Assembly: GCA_027306885.1 (NCBI GenBank)
Contig: DAHUYV010000072.1
Coordinates: forward strand, 1-60,716
Reading direction: 5' to 3'
DNA: 60,716 nucleotides
From: Candidatus Dormiibacterota bacterium
GTDB taxonomy: Bacteria > Chloroflexota > Dormibacteria > Aeolococcales > Bog-877
Under the pieces are notes generated by a model. The model saw only the letters and a program-made list of their open reading frames with translations, had not been told where the DNA came from and searched no databases. Position numbers and translations under genes: made by a program. The first letter of the stretch is position 1; every line of letters starts with the position of its first letter. Of the stretch, positions 9,693 through 18,568 are shown in pieces.

Positions 9693-10685
9693 CTACCAGT
9701 TGCCCGAGATCGAGCCCGCCGGCCCGGTGGCCGTCCTGCGCCCGCTGAGGAGCAGCCAGCCGTAGAGCAGCGCCCCGCTGGCCAGTCCCACAGCGACCTT
9801 GGCCGGATCGGGGAGAGCCGAAGGCGTCACGAACCCCTCGATGATCCCTGCCACCACCAGGAGGCAGGCCGCGCCGAGGGCCAGCTCCACGGCCGGGCGC
9901 GCCGCTGCGACCAGCGCCTCCTCCCGGCTGCGCAGGCCGGGCCGGAGCACGGCGTCCCCCATCCGCAGCCCGGCGCCCGCAGCCGTGCAGATCACCGTCA
10001 GCTCGATCACCCCGTGGGGGACGATGAGGGCCCAGAACTGCAGGTCCAGCCCGGCGAGGTGGCTGGCCCCGGCGAGGACTCCCAGCTGGAACCCGTTGAC
10101 CAGCAGGAGAGCGACCGTGGGAATCCCCAGCAGCAGCCCCAGGACGCAGGCCAGGGCGGCCACCCGGATGTTGTTCTGGATGATGAACGCCGAGAGCTGG
10201 GAGCCGAGCTGGCCGCTGAGCGCGGCCGGGTTCCCCAGCTGGTGCGCGGCGAGGCTGGCCCGGTACCCGGCGGGCAGCAGCCCGCCGAGATCCGGCCTCA
10301 GGGTGGCCGCCGCCCAGCCGGTGGCGGTCCCGGTCAGCAGGCAGAGCCCCGCTCCGGCCACGTAGACCCGGGACTCGCGGAAGCGCCGCGGCAGGCCGAA
10401 GGCGAAGAAGCCGGGGAGGCGGGCGACACCGCTCCCCGGCCTTCGGTACAGGACCGGCTGTGCCGCGGCCAGCACCCGCTCCAGCTGCGGGACCAGCTCC
10501 GATCCCGGGTAGTCACGGCGCACCGTGGCCAGGTCTCCGCTCACCAGGCGTACCAGCTCGGAGAGCCGGTCGACCTCGGCGACCCCCACCTGGCGCAACC
10601 GGCGGCCGCGCATTGACCCCGCCAGCCGGACGAGCTCCTGCCAGCGCGGCCCGGCCCGGCGGACGAACTCCTCCTGGCCGATCAC
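9693..10685 (-). CDS. Stage II sporulation protein M (SpoIIM/DUF95) family membrane protein
   Basis: FIIQNNIRVA, LLVNGFQLG and LIVPHGVIELT motifs; divergent from an RDD gene as in the known cluster. Confidence 0.85.
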   Translation of the reverse strand: MIGQEEFVRRAGPRWQELVRLAGSMRGRRLRQVGVAEVDRLSELVRLVSGDLATVRRDYPGSELVPQLERVLAAAQPVLYRRPGSGVARLPGFFAFGLPRRFRESRVYVAGAGLCLLTGTATGWAAATLRPDLGGLLPAGYRASLAAHQLGNPAALSGQLGSQLSAFIIQNNIRVAALACVLGLLLGIPTVALLLVNGFQLGVLAGASHLAGLDLQFWALIVPHGVIELTVICTAAGAGLRMGDAVLRPGLRSREEALVAAARPAVELALGAACLLVVAGIIEGFVTPSALPDPAKVAVGLASGALLYGWLLLSGRRTATGPAGSISGNW

Positions 10686-10721
10686 GCCGGCGCCCGCGCC
10701 GAGATACCATGCCGACCAGCT

Positions 10722-11528
10722 GTGCTGGATCGCTTCGAGTACCGCACGCCGGAGAGCCTCTCGGTGTCGCAGCCGGTGGCCGGGATCGGCTCCCGCGGCC
10801 TCGCCGCGCTGGTGGACAGCGGGCTCATCCTCGTGATCATGCTCATCCTGGTCGCGGCCGCCCTCGCCATCTCCGGATTCACCCTGAGCGTCGTTCCCTC
10901 CGGGCCGGTGCTGATCGTGATCGTCGTCGTGGCCTCCGTCGTCCCGGTCGCCTACTACGTGATCTGCGAGCTGGCCTCAGGGGGCCGATCCGTGGGGAAG
11001 TACATGTTCGGGCTCCGGGTGGTCGACCGCGACGGCGTCCCCCTCAGCGCCGGCGACTCCCTGGTGCGCAACCTGGTGCGGATTGTGGACTTCCTGCCGG
11101 TGCTGTACGGGGTGGGAGTGGTGGTGATGTTCGCCGGCAGCCGACCGCGGCGGCTGGGCGACCTGGCGGCGGGGACCGTGGTGATCCACGATCGGGGGCT
11201 GCGTCGGCTCGCCCAGGAGCTCGGCCCGGGCGGGGCGGTTCGGCTGGGGCGGACCGAACCCGGGCTCCCCCTTCCCGGGCTGGAGCGGGCCGGGCGGTTC
11301 GAGCTCGCCCTCTTGGACGACTTCTTCAGCCGCACCCAGCTGACTCCCGAGCGCCGGGCCCAGCTGGCGACAGAGCTGGTCGGCGCGCTGGAGAAGCGAA
11401 CCGGAATCCCACTTCGCGACGAGTCGGGTTCAGGGGGCCTCGACGCGCTCGAGCGCCTCTACCTGCAGCTGCGCTGGCGGCTCATCGGCCCCGGGCCGGA
11501 GTCCGGTCCCGCCACTCCACCGGCCTGA
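10722..11528 (+). CDS. RDD family membrane protein
   Basis: AGIGSRGLAALVD, GRSVGKYMFGLRVV, VRNLVRIVD and RRLGDLAAGTVVI. Confidence 0.9.
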   Translation: MLDRFEYRTPESLSVSQPVAGIGSRGLAALVDSGLILVIMLILVAAALAISGFTLSVVPSGPVLIVIVVVASVVPVAYYVICELASGGRSVGKYMFGLRVVDRDGVPLSAGDSLVRNLVRIVDFLPVLYGVGVVVMFAGSRPRRLGDLAAGTVVIHDRGLRRLAQELGPGGAVRLGRTEPGLPLPGLERAGRFELALLDDFFSRTQLTPERRAQLATELVGALEKRTGIPLRDESGSGGLDALERLYLQLRWRLIGPGPESGPATPPA

Positions 11529-11811
11529 AGTCGCGCTCCGGAGATGGAGCCCGCGATCTTCGTGGCGCCCGCTCCGGCGCCGGTCCCTCGGGCCCGGCCG
11601 GGAGGGTGCGACGCACCGTGGTGGGCCGCCGCGAAGCCTCCACCACCGCCTCCATGAACGCCCACCCGCGGTACATCGCGTAGGCCGCCAGCCCCAGGAG
11701 CGTCAGCCCCGCCACCAGGTTGAGCAGCCCCGCCAGCGGCGGCGCCACCACCCCCAGGGCGGCGCATCCCCCGACCACGGCAAGACCGGTCTTGAACCTA
11801 CCTCGGGCCAT
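11482..11811 (-). CDS. Small hypothetical membrane protein (2 TM)
   Basis: ATG with a strong SD (GGAGGAG), two hydrophobic segments and a low-complexity tail overlapping the RDD gene end. Confidence 0.5.
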   Translation of the reverse strand: MARGRFKTGLAVVGGCAALGVVAPPLAGLLNLVAGLTLLGLAAYAMYRGWAFMEAVVEASRRPTTVRRTLPAGPEGPAPERAPRRSRAPSPERDFRPVEWRDRTPARGR

Positions 11812-11863
11812 CGTCTCCTCCGTCCCCCGAGGGATGCGCAGGTGGCCGGGATACCATCGAGAG

Positions 11864-12463
11864 GTGATCTCTCCTCCCCGGCGGCCAGATGGCGGCCAGG
11901 GCCGCCACCCGTATCGCACCTGGCTCCACCTGCTGCCCCTGGAACGCCAGCAGGCGCTGGCTCCGGGGGCCGAGCTGGTGGCCAGCCGGATCCTCATCGA
12001 CGCGGGGATGGCGCTGGCCGCGCCGGAGGGCGGCCTGCGACCGGGACCGGAGTTCGCACGGGTGCTGGGAGGGCGCCCCGGATCTCTGCCGATGGCGCTG
12101 CCGGGGCGGGGAGAGGTGCGGGTCGAGGCCGGCAGCTGGCGCTGCTACCCGGACCCCGGGCCCGAGGGCTTCGACACCGAGCCGCCCCGGGGGTACCGGG
12201 CCAGCTGCCCTCACTGCGCCGGCGAGGTTGAGCTGTTCCGGCTGGGGTTCCCCTTTCCCGATCCGCTCACCGCGGCCTGCCCCCGGTGCGCCGGCGCCCT
12301 GCCGCTCCTGGAGCTGGAGTTCGTGCCCGACCTGCCCGCCGCCCGCCTGGAGATCACCTTCGGCGACCTCGAGCGCCGCCCCAGCCTGGCCGGCCACCCG
12401 GTCTGGGCTGAGCTGGAGAGCGCCTTGGGGTTCCCCCTGCGGGAGGTGCACGTCACCCTCTGA
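11864..12463 (+). CDS. Hypothetical protein with two CxxC motifs (zinc ribbon)
   Basis: CPHC and CPRC. GTG at 11864 follows TACCAT-N6. Confidence 0.65.
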   Translation: MISPPRRPDGGQGRHPYRTWLHLLPLERQQALAPGAELVASRILIDAGMALAAPEGGLRPGPEFARVLGGRPGSLPMALPGRGEVRVEAGSWRCYPDPGPEGFDTEPPRGYRASCPHCAGEVELFRLGFPFPDPLTAACPRCAGALPLLELEFVPDLPAARLEITFGDLERRPSLAGHPVWAELESALGFPLREVHVTL

Positions 12464-12469
12464 GCGCCT

Positions 12470-13366
12470 TCACACCTCCTCGGCGGAGAGCCGCCGGACC
12501 GCCCGGGTCCAGCGCCGCGCCGCCGCCTCGGCACTGCTCTGGTAGTGGGTCGCCACGTTGAGGGCGCCGGGGACCCGGAGCATCAGGTACAGGCTGGCGA
12601 AGGCGTAGAGCATGCCGGCCAACCCGTGGCCCCGGGCGAAGGCCAGCTGCACCGCCACCCTCAGCACCAGCAGCTGCCCGAACTGCATGAAGAGGGAGAC
12701 CACCACCAGACGGCCCCACTGGCGGGCGAAGCCCCTTGTCTCGGGCAGCACCGTGCAGTAGGCGACCAGCGGAGCGCAGGCGCAGAGAACCGCCAGAAGC
12801 GTGTAGCGCACCACATAGCTCAGCGCCAGGATCACCACCGCCACCACCAGGGCGGCCGTGAACAGCAGGAGGAAGAGGTTGTCGGATGCCGACGCCACCG
12901 ACCCCGAGGTGAGGGGCGAGCTCCACGGCAGATCGGCGACATTCACGGCGGCGCCGCCCACCACCACCTGGCAGAGGGCGTTGTTGAGATCGATCAGCTG
13001 CTGGAGGAGGGGCAGGCTGGTGACGCTGAGCGCCACCGCCACCAGGCAGCGGGGGAGCACCGCCTGCAGGCTGTGGCGCACCCCACCGAAGTCGGCCACC
13101 GTGCGCAGCGAGCTGTACAGGACGATCGCCACCAGCAGAGCCGCCCCGGCCGCCGCCAAGAGGTGGTTGAGCGGCGCCAGCCCGGGGCTGTCGGTGAACG
13201 GCGCCTTGGGGTACGGACCCGCGGCGTCGTAGGTGCCGAACAGGTAGCTCTGGAGGGCGGCGTCGAGCGCCGACCGCGCGCTGGACACGAAGTCGGTGAG
13301 GGTCCCGGTGAGCAGGCTCACCAGGACGCCGAGCGGGTTGAGGGTGAACTGGGGCAGGCTGGGCAC
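12470..13366 (-). CDS. VirB6/TrbL-like polytopic membrane protein (module 1)
   Basis: About 7 TM segments with the TrbL-like pattern L..VVRYTLLAVL...APLVAYC.VLPETRGFARQWGR. It follows a pilin-like gene. Start estimated at GTG 13366. Confidence 0.65.
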   Translation of the reverse strand: MPSLPQFTLNPLGVLVSLLTGTLTDFVSSARSALDAALQSYLFGTYDAAGPYPKAPFTDSPGLAPLNHLLAAAGAALLVAIVLYSSLRTVADFGGVRHSLQAVLPRCLVAVALSVTSLPLLQQLIDLNNALCQVVVGGAAVNVADLPWSSPLTSGSVASASDNLFLLLFTAALVVAVVILALSYVVRYTLLAVLCACAPLVAYCTVLPETRGFARQWGRLVVVSLFMQFGQLLVLRVAVQLAFARGHGLAGMLYAFASLYLMLRVPGALNVATHYQSSAEAAARRWTRAVRRLSAEEV

Positions 13367-13380
13367 CGCCCGCGTGCCCC

Positions 13381-13620
13381 TCAGCCCGCCCCGTGAGGGA
13401 CCGCCGAGAGCAGAACGTGGGTCAGGACTCCGGCGAGCTCCACCCCAAGGGTCCCAAGGGCGATCCGCCCGAGCCAGCGCTGAGCCTCCAGGGCGCTGTG
13501 GGGGCTGGGGGCGACAACCCGCCAGACGAAGGCGCACACGAAGGCCAGGGTGCCGAGGCTGGCGATCAGCTCCTGGCCGAGCAGCACCCAGGAGTTGATC
13601 AGGGCGACCAGTTCAGGCAC
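13381..13620 (-). CDS. Small 2-TM protein, VirB2/TrbC pilin-like (module 1)
   Basis: 79 aa with two hydrophobic helices and a strong SD (GAGGAGG), immediately upstream of the virB6-like gene. The pilin call rests on size, topology and position. Confidence 0.5.
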   Translation of the reverse strand: MPELVALINSWVLLGQELIASLGTLAFVCAFVWRVVAPSPHSALEAQRWLGRIALGTLGVELAGVLTHVLLSAVPHGAG

Positions 13621-13701
13621 GGAATCCCTCCTCGCGGGCGGCGGATCCCCTCCTACGTCCGCTGGGCGGGTGCTTCCGGATCGGACCTTCTGCGGGGCCG
13701 A

Positions 13702-14172
13702 TCAGCCGCAGTCGGTCTCCCAGATCGGCTCGCCGACGCTCACCACCAGGGTGACGGGCCCGTCGTTGACCAGAGAGACCTCCATGTGGGCTCCGAAGCG
13801 GCCCTCCGCCACCGAGCGAACGCCGAGGGCCCGCAGCTCCTCGGCGAAGGCGGAGCAGAGCTCGGCGGCCATCACCGGGGGGCCGGCGCCCACGAAGGAG
13901 GGGCGATGACCCCGGCGGGCATCCGCGTACAGGGTGAACTGGCTGACCACCAACGCCTCACCCTGCGCGTCGAGCAGGGAGCGGTTCATGCGGCCATCGG
14001 AGTCCGGGAACACCCTGAGGCTCGCCACCCGGCCGGCGAGGTGTCGGGCCACCTGGGCGTCGTCGGCCGGGCCGACCGCCAGGAGGAACAGCAGGCCCTC
14101 GCCGATCTCTCCGACCGTCTCCCCCGCCACGGAGACCCCGGCCTGCGCCACCCGCTGGACCACCGCGCGCAC
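13702..14172 (-). CDS. dtd: D-aminoacyl-tRNA deacylase
   Basis: MRAVVQRV, SQFTLY, GRFGAHMEVSLVNDGPVT. Confidence 0.97.
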   Translation of the reverse strand: MRAVVQRVAQAGVSVAGETVGEIGEGLLFLLAVGPADDAQVARHLAGRVASLRVFPDSDGRMNRSLLDAQGEALVVSQFTLYADARRGHRPSFVGAGPPVMAAELCSAFAEELRALGVRSVAEGRFGAHMEVSLVNDGPVTLVVSVGEPIWETDCG

Positions 14173-14175
14173 CGG

Positions 14176-14772
14176 TCAGCCGATCGCTTGGAGCCCGCGG
14201 TAGATGCGCATGGCCTCGGCCGCGGCCTCGAGGAAGCCGCCCGCCTCCGCTCGCATTCCCTGCAGGGCGAAGCGCCACTGCCCCGGGGGGGAGGGGGGGC
14301 CGGGCAGGGTGCGTCCCCCGTAGCGCGGCGGATAGAAGGTGATCGTGCCCCGGGGCATGCGCTTGAAGATGGGGCTCGCCACCATCAGCTCGTCGATGGT
14401 TCGGGTGCCACTGACCGCACCCTCGATGAACTCGACACGGCGCTGCTTCCGAATCGGGTTGTCGGGATCGTCGAGGAGCACCCGGCCACCGTGCTCCCCG
14501 GTCAGCCCCAGCAGCCCGAAGCACACCGCCAGGGCGTCGGTCTCGTCGCCCTCGACCTTGACGAATCCCGCGCCCAGCACCGGCTCCCGGCAGTCCAGGC
14601 GGAGATGGCGCAGGTACTCTGACTCGAAGAGCCCCCGGGATCCGTCGGTCGCCAGCCACATGGCGGCATCCCTCCAGACCCTGGTCTCGGCGAACCGGCT
14701 CACCGCGTCGGCCCAGATCCCGGCGGTCGCTCGGCCAGGATTCAGCAGCCGGTAGCGCACCACCCGACCCAT
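14176..14772 (-). CDS. Hypothetical protein
   Basis: Clean ORF with a leaderless promoter (TAGAAT-N6-ATG), coupled to dtd; no recognised family. Confidence 0.65.
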   Translation of the reverse strand: MGRVVRYRLLNPGRATAGIWADAVSRFAETRVWRDAAMWLATDGSRGLFESEYLRHLRLDCREPVLGAGFVKVEGDETDALAVCFGLLGLTGEHGGRVLLDDPDNPIRKQRRVEFIEGAVSGTRTIDELMVASPIFKRMPRGTITFYPPRYGGRTLPGPPSPPGQWRFALQGMRAEAGGFLEAAAEAMRIYRGLQAIG

Positions 14773-14781
14773 GGGCCGATT

Positions 14782-16752
14782 CTATAGGTGCCCGTCGCGA
14801 GCGCCGAGTTTGAGTGATTCCCCAGATGTCGCCAGGTATGGATGACGATCCGGGCGGGCCTCGACCGAGAGCGGCACCCGCACCGCCCCGGAGACCAGGA
14901 GGAACTCCCCACGGCGAGCTCGCTGCAGCCACTCCCGGTCCCGGTCCTCGAGGTCGAAGGTGGTCTGCAGCCGCAGCGCTCCCCGCCCGCCCTGCCCTCC
15001 CAGCAGCACGGTCGCCGAATTGGTCGCCACCAGCTCGCCGAAGCTCTCCTCGGTCAGGTCCTGGGCCGCCTGGGTGAGAAGCAGCAGCGACCCCTGGTAC
15101 TTGCGGATGCGCCGAGCCATCTGTCCCATCAGCTCGCGCAGGCAGCGGTGGGCCCCGAGAAGTCCGGCCTCGTCGACGATGATCTGCTTGGCCCGCGGCT
15201 CCCGCCGGGCCCACGCCCACAGCCACTGTGAAACCAGCCAGGCGGCGCCAGGGATCCACGTGGACGGCAGCTCCCGGAGCCCGATCCCCAGCACTCCGTC
15301 CACCCCCGGCCCCCGCCCGGGCTGGTTGAACTGCCCCCCCGGCCGCCCCTCCAGCCACGGCCGAAGCCGGGCCGCCAGGGCTGAGGACTCGGGCCGCCGA
15401 CGCATCGGGGCCAGACAATCGCCGAGGACCGGGCGGGCCCGTCGCTCCGGCGCCAGGACCTCGGCGCAGGCCTCCAGAAAGCTGCCGGCCTCGGCGGCCG
15501 ACAGCGGGCCACCGAGGAGCGCGGCGAGTTCCAGGGCCGCGAGAGCCGCCTCACCGGGGTCGCCCGCCTCCAGCACGTTGAAGCCGAGGCTCTGGCCGGC
15601 CGCCAGATCCAGGTAGGTGCCGCCGGCGGCCTCGCACCAGCGGCGGTGCTCAGACTCCGGGTCGACCACCACGGTCAGGACCCCGCGGGAGGCCGCCTCC
15701 ATCCCCACCACCCCCGCGAGGTAGGACTTGCCCCCACCGGAGGTGGCGATGACGCAGCAGTTGCCGTTGGGCGTTCCCCGGAAGGAGGCTAGGCCGAGGC
15801 CCACCGGCCGCCCGGTGCGTCGGTGCCGGCCGACCCGGTACCGACCCGGCGCCATCTCGGCGGCTCCATCCAGCCAGGGCCAGAGGCTGGCCACTTCGCG
15901 GGTCTCCAGGAGGCGCCGCGCCGGCCGGGGCGGGAATCTCAGTCCCCGGCTCTCCAGCAACGCCGGCAGCTCCTCCAGCCAGGCCGGCGCGAGCCGGGCC
16001 CGGAGAGCGGCGGCCCGCTGCCGCAATCGCTGCTGACCGGCTCCGACCTCCGCCGGCGAACCGCCCAACGACAGCGTCACCGCCACCTCGAAGAGACGGC
16101 CCTCGCCGCGGGCCAGCACCTGCCTCAGCCGGTCGGCGGCCCTCCTGGAGGCCTCCAGAGCGGGGCCCGCCCCGCCGAGATCGCCGGCCAGGGCCCGCGC
16201 TTGCAGGCTGCGCAGCCGCCGCCGCAGCTGCCGGTCCGCCTCCGCCGCCGGCTTGGGCGCGATCGAGACCGTGAGGTCGAGGTCCGCTGGCTCCCCCAGC
16301 AGCTCCCAGAGCCATCCGGGCTCCACCTCGGCCTCCGGGAACCTCATGAGCCGCAGGCACTCGATCCAGCTGCCGCCGCAGGTCAGCCCCCGGGCGGATT
16401 CGTGCCAGGGGCCCTCGGCCATCGTGGGCAGCGCCCCGGCGCGGTTGACCTCGGCGTCGCAAAGGGCGCTCAGCCGGGCGGCGACCGAGTCGGCGGCCGC
16501 CTCGTCCCGCACCCGCAGGTGGACGCTCCGGACGCGCTCCCGCCCCGGGCAACCCCCGCTACTGTCCATCGCCTCGCGGGAACTGACGGTAAGTTGCGCC
16601 GGGGCCCGCAGCTGGTCAAGCCAGGCCGTGAAGCCGCCAAGGAGCCGCTCCCGGTGAGCCACGCTGGCGTCCAGGATGTCCGGCGCCCGAACCGTCCAGA
16701 GTGTCGAGGAGTCGGGGTCGCCCCCTTCCGGCCCTCGGGCCCCTAGGTCCAC
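14782..16752 (-). CDS. virB4: VirB4/TraE-like secretion ATPase (module 1)
   Basis: Walker A IATSGGGKSY, VVDPESE, Walker B IIVDEAG, ARRIRKYQGSLLLLTQ. The N-terminal region resembles Gram-positive VirB4. Start estimated at GTG 16752, overlapping the prgI-like stop. Confidence 0.85.
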   Translation of the reverse strand: MDLGARGPEGGDPDSSTLWTVRAPDILDASVAHRERLLGGFTAWLDQLRAPAQLTVSSREAMDSSGGCPGRERVRSVHLRVRDEAAADSVAARLSALCDAEVNRAGALPTMAEGPWHESARGLTCGGSWIECLRLMRFPEAEVEPGWLWELLGEPADLDLTVSIAPKPAAEADRQLRRRLRSLQARALAGDLGGAGPALEASRRAADRLRQVLARGEGRLFEVAVTLSLGGSPAEVGAGQQRLRQRAAALRARLAPAWLEELPALLESRGLRFPPRPARRLLETREVASLWPWLDGAAEMAPGRYRVGRHRRTGRPVGLGLASFRGTPNGNCCVIATSGGGKSYLAGVVGMEAASRGVLTVVVDPESEHRRWCEAAGGTYLDLAAGQSLGFNVLEAGDPGEAALAALELAALLGGPLSAAEAGSFLEACAEVLAPERRARPVLGDCLAPMRRRPESSALAARLRPWLEGRPGGQFNQPGRGPGVDGVLGIGLRELPSTWIPGAAWLVSQWLWAWARREPRAKQIIVDEAGLLGAHRCLRELMGQMARRIRKYQGSLLLLTQAAQDLTEESFGELVATNSATVLLGGQGGRGALRLQTTFDLEDRDREWLQRARRGEFLLVSGAVRVPLSVEARPDRHPYLATSGESLKLGARDGHL

Positions 16753-17027
16753 CGCGCCTGGTCCAGCCGCTGCGCGAGCCGGCGCCCGGCCCACCCCACC
16801 AGGCGCAGCGACCAGAGGGAGAACGGGACTTCGAGCAGGCGGCCCCAGGCCAGCAGCGCGGCGGCCCCCAGCACGGCGCTGGCCAGCCCCACCCGCAGCC
16901 CCTCCGGCAGGGGGGCCCGGAGCATCGCCGCTCCGACTGCCAGGGCGGCACCGAGGACCGCCAGGCGGCCGGCCGTCAGGCCCAGCGCGAATGGCTCCTC
17001 CCGCTCTCGACCGTCGCTGAAGGTCAC
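16743..17027 (-). CDS. PrgI/VirB3-like small membrane protein (module 1)
   Basis: REEPFALGLTAGRLAVL followed by two TM helices and a P motif; directly upstream of virB4. Confidence 0.65.
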   Translation of the reverse strand: MTFSDGREREEPFALGLTAGRLAVLGAALAVGAAMLRAPLPEGLRVGLASAVLGAAALLAWGRLLEVPFSLWSLRLVGWAGRRLAQRLDQARWT

Positions 17028-17258
17028 GTTCTTAGAGCAGCGAGGTCCGATCTCGCCATGGTCGTGCCCTCGGCCGGCAGCCCGGCCGGTGGGGCTGAAA
17101 CGGCTGGGAGCGCCGCCATCCCTCTCTTGCCGACCTCCAAGGCGAGCCCTCCTCCGCTGGCCATCTCCCCGTCTGTCAGTCCTCCGGGCGCGGGGGCCCG
17201 GGCGGCGGCGGCGAAGGCACGTCCGGTGGCGGGTGTCCCTGGGGTCAGATCCTCTCGG

Positions 17259-17597
17259 TCAGGGGCGCCTCAGCTCCACGGTGAAGCCCAACGTCTGAGC
17301 GGCCAGCCGGGGCTCCTTGGTCACCCGAACCACCGCGCCCTCGGCCCCGGGAAGCGCCAGCACGGCGTCCGCGATCTTCCCGGCGAGCGCCTCCAGGAGC
17401 TGGCAGCTGGGACCCTCCACCTGGGCCCGCACCGCCGCCTCGATCACGGAGTAGCTGAGGGTGTCCTCCAGCCGGTCACTGGCCGCGGCCGGCGCGAGGT
17501 TGCTCGCCACCTCCACATCGACGACGAAGTGGGAGCCAAGTTCGCGCTCCGCCTGGTGAACGCCGTGGCGCCCGAAGTACCTGAGGCCGGAGAGCAC
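17259..17597 (-). CDS. folB: Dihydroneopterin aldolase
   Basis: LSGLRYFGRHGVHQAERELGSHFVVDV, TLSY, LLEALA and VRVTKEP. Confidence 0.93.
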   Translation of the reverse strand: MLSGLRYFGRHGVHQAERELGSHFVVDVEVASNLAPAAASDRLEDTLSYSVIEAAVRAQVEGPSCQLLEALAGKIADAVLALPGAEGAVVRVTKEPRLAAQTLGFTVELRRP

Positions 17598-17641
17598 CAG
17601 GTGGTCTCTGGTCCGGTCGGCCGGCTCCCCGTCCCCTCCGG

Positions 17642-18088
17642 TCAGGAAGCGGGGCCCGGAGGTGAGTCGACCGCCTCTATGGAGTCGATGTGCAGCACCT
17701 CGCGCCGGTTGTCCCGGGTGGGGAAGAGCAGCACCAGGGTTTGGGAGAGGGCCGCCACCACCTGGCCCACGTCGCCGACCGCGATGGTGGTGATCGGCTC
17801 GCCGGTGCTGTGCCGGACGACGTCGGTCACCCGCACCCAGCTCCCCGGGGGCCAGCGCATCTCCGGGGTGAGCTCGTCGGGTCCCAGGTCCTCAGGCGAG
17901 ACGTTGCTGCGGTTCCCCCCCCATGGCCGGGGCGGTGACGGCCGGGCCGCCGGCCGCGGCGCCGGGACCGCCTCCTCGAGCTCCTCCGGCTCCTCGGGGA
18001 GCTCGTCCCCAACATCGGAAGCGCCGGCGTCGGCGCCCGGCGCCGGCTCGATGTCGGGCTCGTCGTTCTCGGGGGGAGTGGTGGCCAT
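17642..18088 (-). CDS. Hypothetical protein (acidic disordered N-terminus, small beta-barrel-like C-terminus)
   Basis: ATG with SD GAGGA; the C-terminal GSWVRV...GDVGQVV...LVLLF pattern is SH3/KOW-like. Confidence 0.6.
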   Translation of the reverse strand: MATTPPENDEPDIEPAPGADAGASDVGDELPEEPEELEEAVPAPRPAARPSPPRPWGGNRSNVSPEDLGPDELTPEMRWPPGSWVRVTDVVRHSTGEPITTIAVGDVGQVVAALSQTLVLLFPTRDNRREVLHIDSIEAVDSPPGPAS

Positions 18089-18153
18089 GATCCTCAGCAT
18101 TCCGGGTTTCCGCAGACTCGCCTCAGCCTAGCATGCCACTGCGGCGGCCCCGG

Positions 18154-18561
18154 TCACTCCTCGCTCACGGAGGCGATCCGCCACAGCTCCCCGGTGATCT
18201 CGACGCCCACCCTCAGCTGGACCGCGTCATCGGCCGACGCCGGCGTGATGCCCGCAGCCATGAAACTGGTTCGGTCGCGGTACCGGACCCGGAGCCAGAG
18301 CGAGCTCGAGCTGCCTCCGGGCGCCACCTCCAGGTGCAGAGACTCGCGGAACGGACTCACTTGGATGCCCGCCATCTGGTAGGCCTGGAAGCGGGCCTGG
18401 ACCTCGCTCAGGGCGTCGCCGGTGAGGGCCTGTCCCAGCCGAGCCAGGTTCCCCGTGGTCGCCGCCTCATCGACCACCGCCAGCGCCCGGACCAGCTCGG
18501 TCCGGGCCCGCTCGGCGATCTGCGGCACGCTCGCCCGCCGGCGCAGCGGGAGGTTGGGCAC
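18154..18561 (-). CDS. Hypothetical protein, possibly NTF2-like fold
   Basis: Helical N-terminal half followed by beta-strands ending WRIASV. GTG start just after the upstream stop. Confidence 0.55.
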   Translation of the reverse strand: MPNLPLRRRASVPQIAERARTELVRALAVVDEAATTGNLARLGQALTGDALSEVQARFQAYQMAGIQVSPFRESLHLEVAPGGSSSSLWLRVRYRDRTSFMAAGITPASADDAVQLRVGVEITGELWRIASVSEE

Positions 18562-18568
18562 GACCGGC

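Larger units (their letters stand above)
12470..17027 (-). other. T4SS-like module 1 (prgI-like, virB4, [hypothetical, dtd], pilin-like, virB6-like)
   Basis: See the component CDSs; interleaved with housekeeping genes. Confidence 0.7.

Noticed and set aside
9693-10685. Sporulation inferred from the SpoIIM family name
   Set aside because: The family is widespread in non-sporulating bacteria within the RDD/MoxR cluster.
17024-17164. 46-codon ORF or riboswitch in the folB-prgI gap
   Set aside because: The ORF overlaps the prgI start but has no recognisable features, and no riboswitch consensus was recognised. Only the shared motifs were kept.
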